From assembly GCF_036365525.1 (NCBI RefSeq), contig NC_090411.1:26920819-26984818 (forward strand): DNA of 64,000 nucleotides. Reading direction: 5' to 3'. The position numbers and the translations under genes are program-made. The notes below the pieces were generated by a model. That model saw nothing but the letters and a program-made list of their open reading frames with translations, made no database searches and had not been told where the DNA came from. Below are positions 1 through 12,466 of the stretch, one piece after another. The number at the start of each line of letters is the position of its first letter. Position 1 is the first letter of the stretch. Source of the stretch: Heterodontus francisci (taxonomy: Eukaryota).

Positions 1-51
1 TTTGATTGTGCTGGCCTGTCTCACAATTGAATGCTCTGCTCACATGCACTT

Positions 52-507
52 AAAAGGTTGCCAACTATGGTTGGATGTGTTCCCAGAGGTTTCATCACAT
101 GACCTCCCATTCGCTGAACAGCCTTTCCCTACCCATTTCATAGAACCATAGAAAAATTATGGCACAGAAGGAGGCCATTCAGCCCATCGTGTCTGTGCCA
201 GCCAGAAAAACTAGCCACCCAATCTAATTTCACCTTCCAGCAGGTCCTTCCTGTCTTGTCTATCTAGGCCCCTCATAATTCTGTACACCTCAATTAAGTC
301 ACCCCTCTTCTAAGCAAAACAACCCTTGCCGATCCAATCTTTCCTCATAGCTGCATGTTTCAAGCCCTGGCAGCATTAATCTTTTTCAGAAAATTGTTCA
401 AAGAAAATGGAAAATAGCCACATTTTTTAAACACCCCTATGATTTTTCTCCCAGGTTGTTCTCAGCAGTGTCCATGAAATTAAATTCCTGGAAGGTTGGC
501 AATCCTA
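52..507. mobile_element. Degenerate hAT (Tip100-like) MITE, interrupted by a CR1 3' fragment (~139-375, - strand)
   Basis: Ends read AAAAGGTTGCCAAC and GGTTGGCAATCCTA, an imperfect inverted pair of the TAGGGTTGCCAAC type. The internal TTTCATCACATGACCTCC recurs in a second copy at ~1040-1900. Confidence 0.55.
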
Positions 508-709
508 GGTAATGGCCATTTGGGGAACTGGAGGCAAGGTACTTCCTGTGAAACAATATGTGAGAAAAAAGCCTATGCCTTCAGCAGAGAGAGGATCCAG
601 GAAAAATTGAATGTCTGGAGAGGAAAGGTCAATTACATAGCAATCCTATCCTGAAGAAGGAGTACATGTTGTCTACCTATACTGGGTTTCCTTGGGTCTT
701 TTTTTTATT

Positions 710-1040
710 TACTTGTGAGATATGAAAGTGTGGGCAAGGCCAGCATTTGTTGCCCACCCCTAATCACCCTCGAGAACGTGGTGGTGAGCTACCTTTTTGA
801 ACTGCTGCAATCCATCTGATGTAGATACACCCACAGTCCTGTTTGGAAGGGAGTTCCAGGATTTTGACCCAGCTACAGTGAAGGAACGGTGATATAATTC
901 CAAGTTAGGATGCTGCGTGGCTTGCGGGGAAACTGCAGGTGCCTGTGCCTCTGGTGCCCTTGTCCCAGTTGGTCGAAGTTTGGAAGGTGCTGTTGAAGGA
1001 GCCTTGGCAAGATGCTGCAGTGCATTTTGTAGATGGTCAT
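710..1040 (-). mobile_element. 3' fragment of a CR1/L2-group LINE
   Basis: The ORF remnant FTVAGSKSWNSLPN...GLQQFKKVAHHH is a typical LINE ORF2 C-terminus. The same family occurs at ~11380-11950, ~43495-43720 and ~59243-60370. Confidence 0.7.
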
Positions 1041-1167
1041 TCCTGGAGATTTCATCACATGACCTCCTGCCGTGAACTACTCCACCCCACACTCCCAACA
1101 TTGGTCCATTCTCTAGGTGCTCTGCCTTCCCATGGCCAATTGAAAAGAGAAGAAACTATTATTCAAT

Positions 1168-1707
1168 CAACGCAAGCTCGAGGAACAGCATCGCACCTAC
1201 CGATTAGGCACACTACAGCCTGCCGGACTGAACATTGAGTTCAATAATTTCAGAGCATGACAGCCCCCCATTTTACTTCCATTTTTAGTTATTTTTTCTT
1301 TTTTACAATTTTTTTGCATTTATTTCATTTCATCTTAGTTTGTTCAGTTTGCTTACCCACTGTTTGCACTTGCTGCTGTTCAATATTCAGTCCATTAACA
1401 CCTTTTCTGTACTAATGCTTTGTCTTTCAACACACCATTAACATATTGTTTGCCTTTGCTCCATGACCTTTTGGTCAGCTATGTGGCCTTGTCCAATCTA
1501 CACCTTCTCCTTTGTTATCTCTTGCCCCACCCCCACCTCACTTGCTTATAACCTGTGACATTTCTAATATTTGTCAGTTCCGAAGAAGGGTCACTGACCC
1601 GAAACGTTAACTCTGCTTCTCTTTTCGCAGATGCTGCCAGACCTGCTGAGTGGTTCCAGCATTTCTTGTTTTTATTTCAGATTTCCAGCATCTGCAGTAT
1701 TTTGCTT
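1168..1707 (+). mobile_element. Penelope-like element 3' fragment (GIY-YIG C-terminus plus pLTR-like tail) with 11-bp TSD
   Basis: Encodes RKLEEQH..YRLGTLQPAGLNIEFNNFRA*. Flanked by TATTATTCAAT at 1157-1167 and 1708-1718. Inserted in a hAT MITE relic (~1040-1900). Confidence 0.8.
1576..1612 (+). ncRNA. Minimal hammerhead-ribozyme-like motif in the Penelope tail (U4>C variant)
   Basis: AGTT-CCGAAGA-A-GGGTC-ACT-GACCC-GAA-ACGT-T-AACT: stem I AGTT/AACT, 5-bp stem II, palindromic ACGT stem III. Confidence 0.55.
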
Positions 1708-2234
1708 TATTATTCAATTGAATTTATCTTGACTATTAGTGAAACAGCCTTTTTCCCTCATCTCCAATATTTCTACAATTAATAGATGAAAAAGGTACGA
1801 TTTTATTTAATGTTTTCCCTATGATTTTTCTTGCAAGTATTTTCCCACAACAGTGTCCTGATGATTAATCTTCAGTTCCTGGAAACTGATAGCCACTACA
1901 ATTGAGACCTTTTGCATCTGCTGGGCACTTTGGGGACTGGAGATTGTTCTGACAAGAATGAATAATATTTAATTTTACAAGGTGTCTGTTTCCTACTTTA
2001 CACCATTGACTGCACCTGAAAAGTACTTGGTTGGTAAAGTGATTTGGGACATTCTGAGGTTGTGAAAGTCGCTAAATAAATGAAAATCTTTTTGTAGTTT
2101 ATTTATTTATTACTTTTGCCCATCTATAAAGGGACGCACTTTCTTGCTTTTATCTGATGACACTGGCAACCAGCCCAGCTGTCTCCTGAAAGAAAGACAG
2201 GAATAGGCCTGAGGGGCAAGGATGGGAGGGGGTT

Positions 2235-2510
2235 GTGGGTGTCAAAGATGGCGGCGCGGCCGTGGCAACACAAGCACACAATTGCCCCGCAATGGCGTCA
2301 CTTCCGTTCACCTGATGCCACAACGGCCCCCTCTGCAACGCAACTTCCGGAAAGATGGTGGCGCCCATGGACTGAAAACGCTGGAAGGATCTGGAAAAGT
2401 GGAGAAGCTTCGGTGTGGGCGCTAGCGGGGAAATACCCGTACGGAGACTGTGTGAGGGGGTCGGGGACAGTGGGTAAGGGGCGCCGTGATAACCTGTAAC
2501 GGGAGTGCGG
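2235..2510 (+). promoter_or_regulatory. HSPBP1: CpG-island promoter and probable non-coding exon 1 of HSPBP1
   Basis: Local CpG enrichment. YY1-type AAGATGGCGGC (2245-2255), ETS/CRE composite CGTCACTTCCG (2296-2306), ACTTCCGGAA (~2343). Candidate donor GG|GTAAGG at 2474. The next exon has an acceptor 17 nt before the ATG. Confidence 0.7.
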
Positions 2511-2519
2511 CCTATAATT

Positions 2520-2740
2520 AATAAGAGAAAGTGTTGGAAATTCTCAGCAGGTCTGGCAGCATCTGTGGAGAGAGAAGCAGAGTTAATGTTTCAGGCCTGC
2601 GACTCTTCATCAGAACTGGCAAAGGTTAGAAATGAGCACTGACCTGAAACGTTAACTCTGTTTCTCTCTCCACAGATGCTGCCATACCTGCTGCCTATTT
2701 CCAGCATCTGCAGTATTTTGCTTTTATTTTAGTTTATTAT
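2520..2740. mobile_element. Inverted (head-to-head) pair of Penelope pLTR-like fragments
   Basis: ~2523-2630 is the reverse complement of the tail family and ~2636-2730 is the forward copy. Flanks GGCCTATAATT (2509-2519) and GGCCTGTAATT (2741-2751) match at 10/11. Confidence 0.7.
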
Positions 2741-3321
2741 GGCCTGTAATTGTTTGGGGGAGGGGCGGCCATTTTGAGGCATGTTGTTGATGGCAGGTGT
2801 GAATGTGAGTAGCCGGTATTTCAGCCCTGTGTGCTGGTAATTCAGCTTCCTAACGGCCTGGGTGGGGGAACTATCACTGGAAGTGCTGTTTACACAGAGG
2901 TGCCAGCCTCATGGGGAGGCTTGTGACAAAGAGGGGGGCAAGTTAAAGGTGTATTCTGACAGGTTGATCTGTCAGAAGCATCAAAGTAGCACATCGCCTC
3001 CACACTGAGGAGTGTTCAAACTGAGCTGAATGGATTTGGGGGAACTAACCTTAAAGCTAGAGTTATTCCATTCAGGAGGCTAGGTATCACAATTGGCTGA
3101 GACTGGCCTGAATGGATGACTATCATTGTTTGAAATCAGGGAACACTTTTTCTCACGAGGTAGTAGGTATATTTTCCTTTCTTGTGCTCCATCCATGGGT
3201 TACTAAAGGCCCAGGCAATACAGATGAAAATCTATCCCATGATTTGACCGATGAGGATTCAGTGAGGGCAATTCAGTGTAGGACTGGGTATCTGGACCTG
3301 AGAAGGAGCAAGCAAAAGAAT

Positions 3322-3715
3322 TCTGAGAAATTGGGTTTTTCATTAGGAGATTGAAGGGTGATCTGGTTGAGGTGATAAGATGTCAAAAGGATTTGATTGG
3401 GTCGATAGAGAGAAACTTTTATCTGGGAAATCTAAAACAAGGGGCTATAATTGTAAAACAGGAGCTAGGCCATTTAGGAGAAAGCTCGGAAGGTAGTAGA
3501 AAATCTGGAACACTGTCCCCCTAAAAAGCTGTGGATACTACGGGGCAATTAGAGTGATTAAGGCTGAGATCGATAGATTTTTATTTTGTGTAAGGGTATA
3601 AAGGGAAATGGAGGAATGAAGGGTAAATTGATTTGAGATACAGATCAACCATGATCTAATTGACTGTTGGAGCAGGCTTGAGGAGCTGAATGGCTTATTC
3701 CTGTTCCTGTGTTCA
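3322..3715 (+). mobile_element. Degenerate CR1 LINE 3' fragment
   Basis: Similar to the CR1 ORF2 end and 3' UTR of the better copies (GGCTGAGATCGATAGATTTT...GAATGGCTTATTCCTGTTCCT). Confidence 0.65.
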
Positions 3716-5459
3716 AAGGTAACAGTTCTGCTATTTGTTTGTATTGGCATAAAGCAACAGAAATGATGTGATAGTAATGTTACATGTATAGGAAGCTCAA
3801 TGACCCTTGTGGACTCCAGGCATCACAGTTTGAAAACCCGTGTTTTAAATTATTCACTCCATAATAAGAAAGGAAAAGTTCACATTTATATAGCCCCATG
3901 TCATGTCCACAGGCACCCAAAGTACATGACAATCAATTACTTTTGAAGTAATTTTGTGCAGGAAAATGGAGCAGCCTATTTGTGTGCAGTAAACGTCTAA
4001 CAGTGAATGAGTTGGCGAGACAAATGGAGCCTTGGTTTGGTGTCTAACCTCTGAGAACTCCACTGAAATATCAGCCTAAATTATGTTATCAAGTCTCAGA
4101 CTGGGGCTTGGACCACAACCTTCTGACTTTAGTGTTACCAACTGAGTCAAGCTGAATGAGAGCTCAGCATTGCAATGGTGGGAATTACATTTGACATGTT
4201 CTTATTTCTCTGCATGCGGTTTCATTTGTTGGGACTTTTTTTTTAACCTGAAGGCATAAGAATGGGAATATTCTTCATACTGCATGTTCTTGTGTCATCT
4301 TTAAATTTTGGGGTTTTTTTTTTTTAGTTAAAAACAGAAAGGCGAATGTGAGCCGGGACCATTCTGAAATCTGGGCATCAGTACAGTTCACGTTGAAAAT
4401 GATTTTTATTTGCAAATTTTCTCCATTTCCCTACTGGAGTAATGCCCCCCCCACACAAACCAGTTGCCCTCTGATACTTTGCCCAAGTGGCAGTTATGAG
4501 CCCAGCCTATCAGCATTGGCAAGCTGTTTGATCAAGTTAGCAGCACTGAGAAACCTTCTGATCTCAAGTTATACGTGCACTTTTCAACAGCATCACTGCT
4601 TTGATGTGAACTGCACTGACATCCAGATTGCAGAATGGTCCCACTCACATTTGCAAACATTGTTTCGTCCCCTCTGTTTCCTTTCTGCCTCGCCAGACTA
4701 TTTTAGTGCCTTTCATACCATTCTGACATTAGCTAACTCGGTGCAATTAAGGGATCAGACCTGGAACCCACCTGATCTGTAATATCATGCAATTTATCTA
4801 CTGTGCCTTGATGGGAGACTTCTAGAATTTATGCCCATGGAAATATATTTTTTGTGGTATTTCTCCTCACAATTCCTTAAACTTAGAGTATGGCACACAA
4901 AGCTGTCAAAACCAGTTCAGTTCCATCATTGGAGGAAACCTGTATGGCGTATCCGGTGGCTTGACCACCCCTGAGTTATGTGGTGTTGCATTTTTTCATG
5001 TGCAGCATTTCATATGTGGGTTAAAATAAAATGCTGGAAACACACAACAGGCCAATTGGCAACTATAAAAAGGAGAGACAAGTTGTGATATTGTAGATGC
5101 GTGTTGCCGTTTCAATGTAGGGGGCACACCTGTAACCTGCCTGTTCCCTTCACATTTGCTGACTGACCTGCTGTGTATCTCTGTTTTACTTGCAATGTTT
5201 GGGTAAATGTTTGTTTGGGTATCTGGGCTTGGGAAAGTAGAGATGGGGCAACACCATCAGGTCCATCTGCAGTCACTGTGTCCACTTGCCAGCACAGCTC
5301 TCATGCAGCACGCTCCCTGTCTGCCACTAACACAAACTCAGTAATGAAAACTCGTGAGACAATTCCAACACAAAAGCAATGGGGCACTCCACCTCAGTGG
5401 AGTGGTGGAAAGAATTTGGTGCAGATTTTCCTCATGCACACTAGTTGCTTTAATGAAAA

Positions 5460-5748
5460 ACAGAAATGAAATAAAAAGGATGCTGGAAATCTGGAAATAA
5501 AAATCAGAAATTGCTATGCTGGAAGCACTCAGCAACTCAGGCAGCATCTGTTGAAAGAGAATTGGTTAATACTTTAGGTCGATGATCTTTCGTTAGAGAT
5601 GTAACAGATTTTACACAAGTACAGAGGCAGGGAAAGTGGGAAGGAGGGGAGAGAGAACAAAAGGGAATGTCTGTGATAGGGTGGGAGGCAGGAGCGATTA
5701 AACGACAACAGAGATGATGGTGCAAAGCAAAATGAGATGGTATTGGGA
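5460..5748 (-). mobile_element. Short non-autonomous Penelope-tail repeat (~290 bp family)
   Basis: Shares ACAAGTACAGAGGCAGGGAAAGTGGG...TGTCTGTGATAGGGTGG with 53990-54295 and, as reverse complement, with 56800-57050. Confidence 0.65.
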
Positions 5749-5749
5749 C

Positions 5750-6505
5750 ATGGGAACATAGGAGTAGGCCATTCAGCAGAACGAGTCTGCCCTGCCATTC
5801 AATGCAGTCATGGCTGATCTTCCATTTCAATGCCTTTTTCCCACACTATCCTCATATCCCCTTATGTCATTTGTATTTAGAAATCTGTCAATCTCTGCTT
5901 TAAACATACTCGATGACTGAGCTTCCACAGCCCTCTGGGGTAGAGAATTCCAAAGATTCACAATCCTCTGAGTAAAGAAATTTCTCCTCATCTCGGTCCT
6001 CAGTGACTTCCCCCTTATTTTAAAATTGTGTCCCTTGGTTCGAGACTCCCGAACCAGGGGAAACATCTTAGCTTCATCTACCCTGTCTATCCCTTTAAGT
6101 ATTTTGTAGGTTTCAATGAGATCACCTCTCATTCTTTGAATCTCTAGAGAATACAGGTCCAGTTTCCCCAATCTCTCTTCATAGGACAGTCCTGTCATCC
6201 CTGGAACAAGTCTGGTGAACCTTTGTTGCACTCCTTCTATGGCAATAATATCCTTCCTAAGGTAAGGGGACCAAAACCGCATTCGGTACTCCAAGTGTGG
6301 TTTAACCAAGGTTCTATACGATTGAAGCAAGGCTTCACTACCCATATACTCCAAATTCTCTTGTGATAAAGGCTAACATACCATTAGCTTCTTAATTGCT
6401 TGCTGCACCTGCATGTTAGCTTTCAGTGACTTATTGACAAGGGCACCCAGGTCCCTTTGTACATCTACACTTTCTAATCTCTGATCATTTAAGAAATACT
6501 CTGCA
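5750..6505 (-). mobile_element. CR1 LINE 3' fragment
   Basis: ORF 5827-6354 YRTLVKPHLEY..FWSPYLRKDI..LSYEERL..RRNFFTQRIVNLWNSLP is the CR1 ORF2 C-terminus. Confidence 0.9.
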
Positions 6506-6624
6506 CAGTTCTTTTGTTATTTATACATCCTGAGTATTTCTAGCATTTTCCGTTTTGCTTTAATAAATAAAAGGTTGATTTTTTTTTTTGTTTTTATTTT
6601 CTTCCAGATTGAGGTTTCTTTAAA

Positions 6625-6750
6625 ATGGCGGAAGGTGGACCTGAGAGAAACAGGCAACATCCCAACAATTTGCAGGGTCTGTTGAGACTTGCAGTGGAGG
6701 CAGGGTCTGTGGGTGACACAGCTCCTGAAATACAGCCTATGCCAGAAGAA
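6625..6750 (+). CDS. HSPBP1: HSPBP1 (Hsp70 nucleotide exchange factor, Fes1 family) coding exon 1
   Basis: Acceptor AG at 6606-6607 after a T-rich tract, ATG in AAAATGG context, PNNLQGLLRLAVEAG matching human PRNLQGLLQMAITAG, donor GTAAGT at 6751 (phase 0). Confidence 0.95.
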
Positions 6751-7169
6751 GTAAGTATGATTCTACTTGGCCACCCTCTTCCATGCTCTACTCAATGGCC
6801 CACTGTTGAAAGGCATTGCAAAGCTAGACAGATCAGATGGTTTGGCATTCACTACTCTTTATGGAGCTAGCTGCTGTGTCCCTGGGTAGCAGTAAAACGA
6901 AAAGCAGTGCTGAAACCTGCAACACAAACAGAAAATGCTGCAAATGCAGCAAGACAGACACTGCATCTATGGCAAGAAATGGCAAGTTATCCTTTCAGGC
7001 ATAACCCATCATTGGAACCCTTACTTACTGAGTGTTTCCAGGATTTACTGGGTTTTTTTCTGTGTCTTAGTAGGATTACATTAATTAGCATAAGTGTAAT
7101 GAGTGAGTCCTGCTGGAAAATGCATATGCAGTGTGGATGTGATCATAACTGAAACAAAAGAAAAAGAAA

Positions 7170-8810
7170 GACTTACATTTATATAGTGCATTTCACAAAC
7201 TTGGGACGTCCCAAAGCCCTTTACAGCCAATGAAGTACTCTTTAAATTAAAAGCAAGGAATGCTGGAAATAGTCAGCAGGTCTGGCAGCATCTGTGGAGA
7301 GAGAAGCAGAATTAATGTTTCAGGTCAGTGACCCTTCAACAGAACTGGCAAATATTAGAAATATTTTGGTTTTAAGCAAGTAGTGTAGGGGTGGGGCAAG
7401 AGATAACAAAAGAGAGGAGGTGTTGATAGGACAAGATCACAGAGAATAACTGACCAGAAGGTCATGGAGCAAAATCAAATGGTATGTTAATGGTGTGGTG
7501 AAAGACAATGCGTTAGTACAGAGAGGGTGTTGATGGACAGAAAACTGAACAGCCTGGCCCCAAGCACAAACATGAAAAAAACAGTGGGTAGGTACAGTAG
7601 AAACAAATTAACAAACTAAAATAAAATAAACGCATAAAAAAGTAAAAAAATAACTGAAAATAAAAAGGGGGGCCCATCATGCTCTGCAATTATTGAACTC
7701 AATGCTCAGTCCGGCAGGCTTTAGCGTGCCTAATCAGTAAATGAGGTGCTGTTCCTCGAGCTTGCGTTGATGTTTACTGGAACACTGCAGCAATCCCAAG
7801 ACAGAGATGTGAGCATGAGAGCAGGGGGAAGTGTTGAAATGCCAAGCAACCGGAAGCTCAGGGTCATGTTTTCAGACTGAGTGGAGGTGTTCCGCAAAGC
7901 GGTCACCCGGTCTGCGTTTGGTCGCCCCAGTGTAGAGGAGACCACACTGTGAGCAGTGAATACAGTATACTACATTGAAAGAAGTACAAGTAAATCACTG
8001 CTTCACCTGAAAAGAGCGTTTGGGGCCTTGGATAGTGAGGAGAGAGCAGGTAAATGGGCAGGTATTACACCTTCTGTGACTGCAGTGGAAGGTGCCGTGG
8101 GAAGGGGACGAGGTGGTGGGGATAATGGAGGAATGGACCAGGGTGTCGCGGAGGGAACAATCCCTTCGGAATGCTGACGGGAGGGAAGATGAAGATGCGT
8201 TTGGTAGTGGCATCGTGCTGGAGGTGGCAGAAATGGCGGAGGATGATCCTTTGGATGTGAAGGCTGATGGGGTGGAAAGTGAGGACTGTCGCAGTTCTGG
8301 GAGGGAGGGGAAGGGGTGAGGGCAGAGGTGCAGGAAATGGGCCAGACAAGGTTGGGGGCTCTGTCAACCACAGTGAGGGGGGGGAATCCTCGGTTGAGGA
8401 AAAGGGAAGACATATCAGAAGCACTGTCATGGAAAGTACTGTTTGAAGTTTGTAATGTTATAGTGTAGGAAATGCGGCACACAACAAGATGCTACAATCA
8501 GCTATGTGATAATGACTAGATAATATGTTTTTGTGATGTTGACTGAGGGATAAATATTGGCCAGGATGATTTCCCCGCTCCTCTTCAAAATAGCGCCATG
8601 GGATCTTTTACATCCACCTGAGAGGGCTGAAAGGGTCTCAGCTTAATGCCTCATCTGTAAACAACACCTCCGATGGTGCAGCAGTCCCTCAGTACTGCAC
8701 TGGCGGTGTCAGTCTAGTTTTTTGTGCTCAAGTCTTTGGAGTGGGACTTGAACCCACAACCTTCTGGCTCTGAGGCAAGACTGGTACCAACTGAGGCATG
8801 GCTGACAAAA
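7170..8810 (-). mobile_element. Deu-domain tRNA-derived SINE split by a Penelope insertion
   Basis: Tail ACTTACATTTATATAG...CCCAAAGC (7170-7246) continues at 8434 into ATATTGGCCAGG...GGGATCTTTTACATCCACCTGAG and a tRNA-like head GGGACTTGAACCCACAACC. Confidence 0.7.
7247..8433 (-). mobile_element. Penelope-like element, 5'-truncated, with a frameshifted GIY-YIG region
   Basis: Remnants FLNRGFP, LTFHP, AFRRDCSLRDTLVHS, GTFHCSHRRCNTCP, plus the same tail as 1168-1707. Imperfect 14-bp TSD AAGTACT(C/G)TTT(A/G)AA at 7233-7246 and 8434-8447. Confidence 0.85.
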
Positions 8811-9482
8811 ACAGGTACCAAGTCCGAGAAGCAGCACGTATTGAGTTTAGTTACCCGTGAATGGATTTTAAAACCTGGGGGGAAAAAAAGTGAGTTATTA
8901 GATGATTTGCAAGGGTTGTCTCCATTACTCTAAGGAAGGGTCTCTGCCTGAATCATTAACTTGTCTTTCCAAATGCTGACAGACTTGCTGTCCATTTCCA
9001 GTTTCCAAATTTCATAGGACTTAGCAGGAGTAGGCCATTCGGTCCTTTGAGCCTGCTCTGCCATTCACTAAGATCATGGCTGATCTGGTTGTGGTCTCAG
9101 CTCTGCTTTTCTATCTGCTCCCCATAACCATTGACTCCCTTGTCTATCAAAAATCTATCTATCTGAGCCTTGAATAAATTCCAACGTCTGCAATCTATTT
9201 GTTTTATCTTCACCCGAGATCAGCACAGACTAGGAATCGGGCCAGTGAGCTTCTGGATTATGTTGCTGAGTTAAATCCTGCTTTGCCAACTAAGCAGCTG
9301 GCAGGGGAAGGTGGGGGTGGTGTGGGATGTCACGCCATTTTCCTCTTTCCCTAGCCCAATGATGCAGAGGTTGCCTGCTTCTCCGTGTGGTGCATGTTTT
9401 ACTGCCATTTAATAATGGTTCATTTCTCTCTCTCTCTCTCTCTCTCTCTCCTTCCCTCCCTCCTCCCCCCCCCCCCCCCCAG

Positions 9483-9669
9483 CGCAGACAGTGGCTGCAG
9501 GATGCGCTGTCGGATGTGTTTCATGGACAGTTGGATGAACTGAAACAGATTAAAGAATGCCTCCAGATCCTGAATGCAACATCTGAGGGCGACACAAATG
9601 AAGATGGGAGGAGGTGCAATGCACTCGATACTGTAGCGGATTTGTGCGAAAACCTTGACAATGCAGGAG
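9483..9669 (+). CDS. HSPBP1: HSPBP1 coding exon 2
   Basis: AG at 9481-9482 after a (TC)n/poly-C tract. RRQWLQDALS...ADLCENLDNAG. Donor GTAATT at 9670. 187 nt, phase 0 to 1. Confidence 0.95.
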
Positions 9670-9928
9670 GTAATTGATGTTGTCCGTGAGGCTTGGGGTC
9701 ATTTTCTGATTTTATTCAAACTTTAAAAAAAAAAAGACTTGCATTTGACTAGCGCCTTTCACAACCTCAGGATGTCCCAAAGTGCTTTGAAGCCAATTAA
9801 GTTCTTTGAAGTGAAGTCACTGATGTAATAGGAAATGATTGGGAGTGAAAACTGTGGCTGATATTCTCCACTCGTTAGCCCCGATTCAACTGAGGCAGGT
9901 TTATTAATACCCTCTTCGCTTTCTTTAG

Positions 9929-10153
9929 ATTTCTGTAAACTGGCTGGCATGCAGATGGTGGTGGAGAACTTCCTGGAATGCCCGGACCCTGAGCTGCGTT
10001 GGCGAACGGCACACCTCATTGGCACGTGTAGCCAGAATAACCCCTTTGTCCAGGAGCACGTGCTGAACCTGGGCACGATGCCCAAACTCCTGGAACTTCT
10101 GAACAGTGACAACAGCGACATGGTTCGAATCAAGGCTCTCTTTGCTGTATCAT
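9929..10153 (+). CDS. HSPBP1: HSPBP1 coding exon 3
   Basis: DFCKLAGM..LRWRTAHLIGTCSQN..VRIKALFAVS with AG/GTAAGT boundaries. 225 nt, phase 1 to 1. Confidence 0.96.
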
Positions 10154-10764
10154 GTAAGTGTAATGGTTGATTGAGGGCAAAATATTGGCCAGGATACAAG
10201 GGATAACTTCCCTACTTTTCTTCGAAATAGTGCCATGAGATCTTTTATGCCCACCTGAGAGGGCAGATGGGGGCTTCAGCCATGTTTGGGTTCATGGTGC
10301 AGAAAACTGGGTCCTTACAACAATGATGACTTGCATTTATATAGCACCTATAAGGTAGAAATGGAGCCCCCAAGGAAGAACTATACACCGATCAAAAGAG
10401 AGATACGAGGGAGAAGCAAAGGCTTTGTTGATAGGATGGGTAATAAAACAGGATCTTAAAGGTGGAGAGGAGGTTTAGAGAGGTAACGTCAAAGCATGGG
10501 CCTAGGCAGTTGATGGCATGACCGCCAATGGTGACACAAAAGGTGGGGGCATGCACAGGAGGCTGGAGTCAGGCATAAGGACAGTTTGAGGGTGAAGTGG
10601 GGGACCATGGAAGGGTGTGTGGTTGTAGGGCTGGAGGAGGTATTGGACACAAGGAAGAATCCTGCAGAAATACCAGTTTGTGCTCTATCCCAACCAAGAG
10701 GTGGGTTCCAAAGTACAGGTAGGTATAATACTAGGAGCCCACTTAAAAAAAAAATGTAAATACG

Positions 10765-11352
10765 AACATAGGAATTAAGAGCAGGAGTAGGCCACTCGGC
10801 CCCTCGGGCCTGCTCCGCTATTCAATAAGCTTGTGGCTGAACTACTTACTCCACATTTCCACTTAACTCTGATAACCTTTCACCCGCTTGCTTATCGAGA
10901 ATCTATCTACCTCTGCCTTAAAAATATTCAAAGACTGCTTCCACCGCCTATTGAGAGAAAATTCTGCTCATTTCTGTCTTAAATAGGCGACCCCTTATTT
11001 TTAAACAGTGACGCCTTGTTCTTGATTCTCCCACAAGAGGAAACATCCTTTCCACATCCACCCTGTCAAGACCCCTTAGGATCTTATATGTTTCAATCAA
11101 GTCGCCCCTTACTCTTCTAAATTCCAGGGGATACAAGCCTAGCCTGTCCAATCTTTCCTCATAAGACAGCCTGCCCATTCCAGGTATTAGTCTAGTAAAC
11201 CTTCTCTGTACTGCCTCCAATGCATTTATATCCTTCCTTAAATAAGTACACCAGATGTGGTCTCACCAATGCCCTATATAGCTGAAGCATAACCTCCCTA
11301 CTTTTGTATTCAATTCCCTTCACGATAAACGATAACATTCTATTAGCTTTCC
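10765..11352 (-). mobile_element. CR1 LINE 3' fragment
   Basis: ORF 10948-11220 EAVQRRFTRLIPGM..LSYEERLDRLGL..RGDLIETYKIL. Confidence 0.88.
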
Positions 11353-11379
11353 AAGAGGATTAAAAAATTTTTTTTAGAA

Positions 11380-11950
11380 TTCATTCATGGGGCGTGGGCA
11401 TTGCTGGCCACGTTTGGCCAGCATTTGTTGGTCATTTCTATTTGAGAAGGTGGTTGTGAGCTGCCACTTTGAACCGCTGCGGTCCCAAGTGGTGTAGGTA
11501 CACCCAAGTGCTGTTAGATAGGGAGTTTCACAATTTTGGTACAGTGACAGTGAAGGTACGATGATATATTTCCAAGTTAGGATGGTACGTGGCTGGAGGG
11601 GAAATTGCAGCTGGTGGTGTTCCCGTGCGCCTGCTGCCCTTGTGCTTCTAGGTGGTCAAGCTTACAAGTTTGAAAGGTGCTGTTGAAGGGACCTTGGCGA
11701 GTTGCTGCAGTGCATCTTGTAGATGGTACACACTGCAGCCATGTTACACCGATGTTGGAAAGATTGAATGTCTAAGATGGTGGAGGATAGGCTGAATGGT
11801 GTCGAGATTCTTGAGTGGTGCTGGAGCCACAGTCATCCAGGCAATTGCAAAGTATTCCATCACACTCCTGACTGTACCTTGCAGGTGATGGAAAGATTTT
11901 TGGGAAGTCAGAAGATGAGTCACTGCAGAATACCCGACTTGTAGCCACAG
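11380..11950 (-). mobile_element. CR1/L2-group LINE 3' fragment
   Basis: Same family as 710-1040 and 59243-60370 (GGCCAGCATTTGTTG..GAGAAGGTGGT..GGATGGT..GGAGGGGAA). Confidence 0.7.
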
Positions 11951-12310
11951 TCTATGTTCAAAAGATTCACTGCATCAGATGGGTTGGCATTAAACCTGTT
12001 CCACCTCTCGAATACCACAGAGCACAGAGGGTGGGGGAAACATCCCAACTAATACCTTTTGTTGGTGTAGATATTAACACTGAACCATACAGACCAGAAA
12101 CTCCCAGTTCTGATTCCCTTAAGACACTGTGATGCCATCTATAGTCAAATAGCCACCTAATATTCATAGCTGAAGAATTGGGCTGAAGCTCAGATACAAG
12201 TAACTGCTATGCTCAATGTATTAATACAGCAGTGGGTGTTTGTAACGCTGATTAGCTTTTGAAAGTTGACTAGATGTTAATTTAACACACTTTCCTCCCA
12301 CCGCTTTCAG

Positions 12311-12466
12311 GTTTGGTGCGCGAACAGGAGGCTGGCTTACTTGAGTTTGTCGACCATGACGGTTTCTCGGTGTTGATGAGAGCCATGCAGAGTGGCATTG
12401 AGAAGCTGAAGGTGAAAGCTGCCTTCCTGTTGCAGAACCTGCTCATCAGCAGCCCTGAACACAAAG
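12311..12466 (+). CDS. HSPBP1: HSPBP1 coding exon 4
   Basis: CLVREQEAGLLEFVDHDGFSVLMRAMQ..KLKVKAAFLLQNLL..PEHK, bounded by TTTCAG| and |GTCAGA. 156 nt, phase 1 to 1. Confidence 0.96.

Noticed and set aside
9425-9480. Poly-Ser/Leu/Pro stretch in ORF 9387-9677
   Set aside because: It is the intronic (TC)n/poly-C tract before the acceptor at 9481-9482, not coding sequence.
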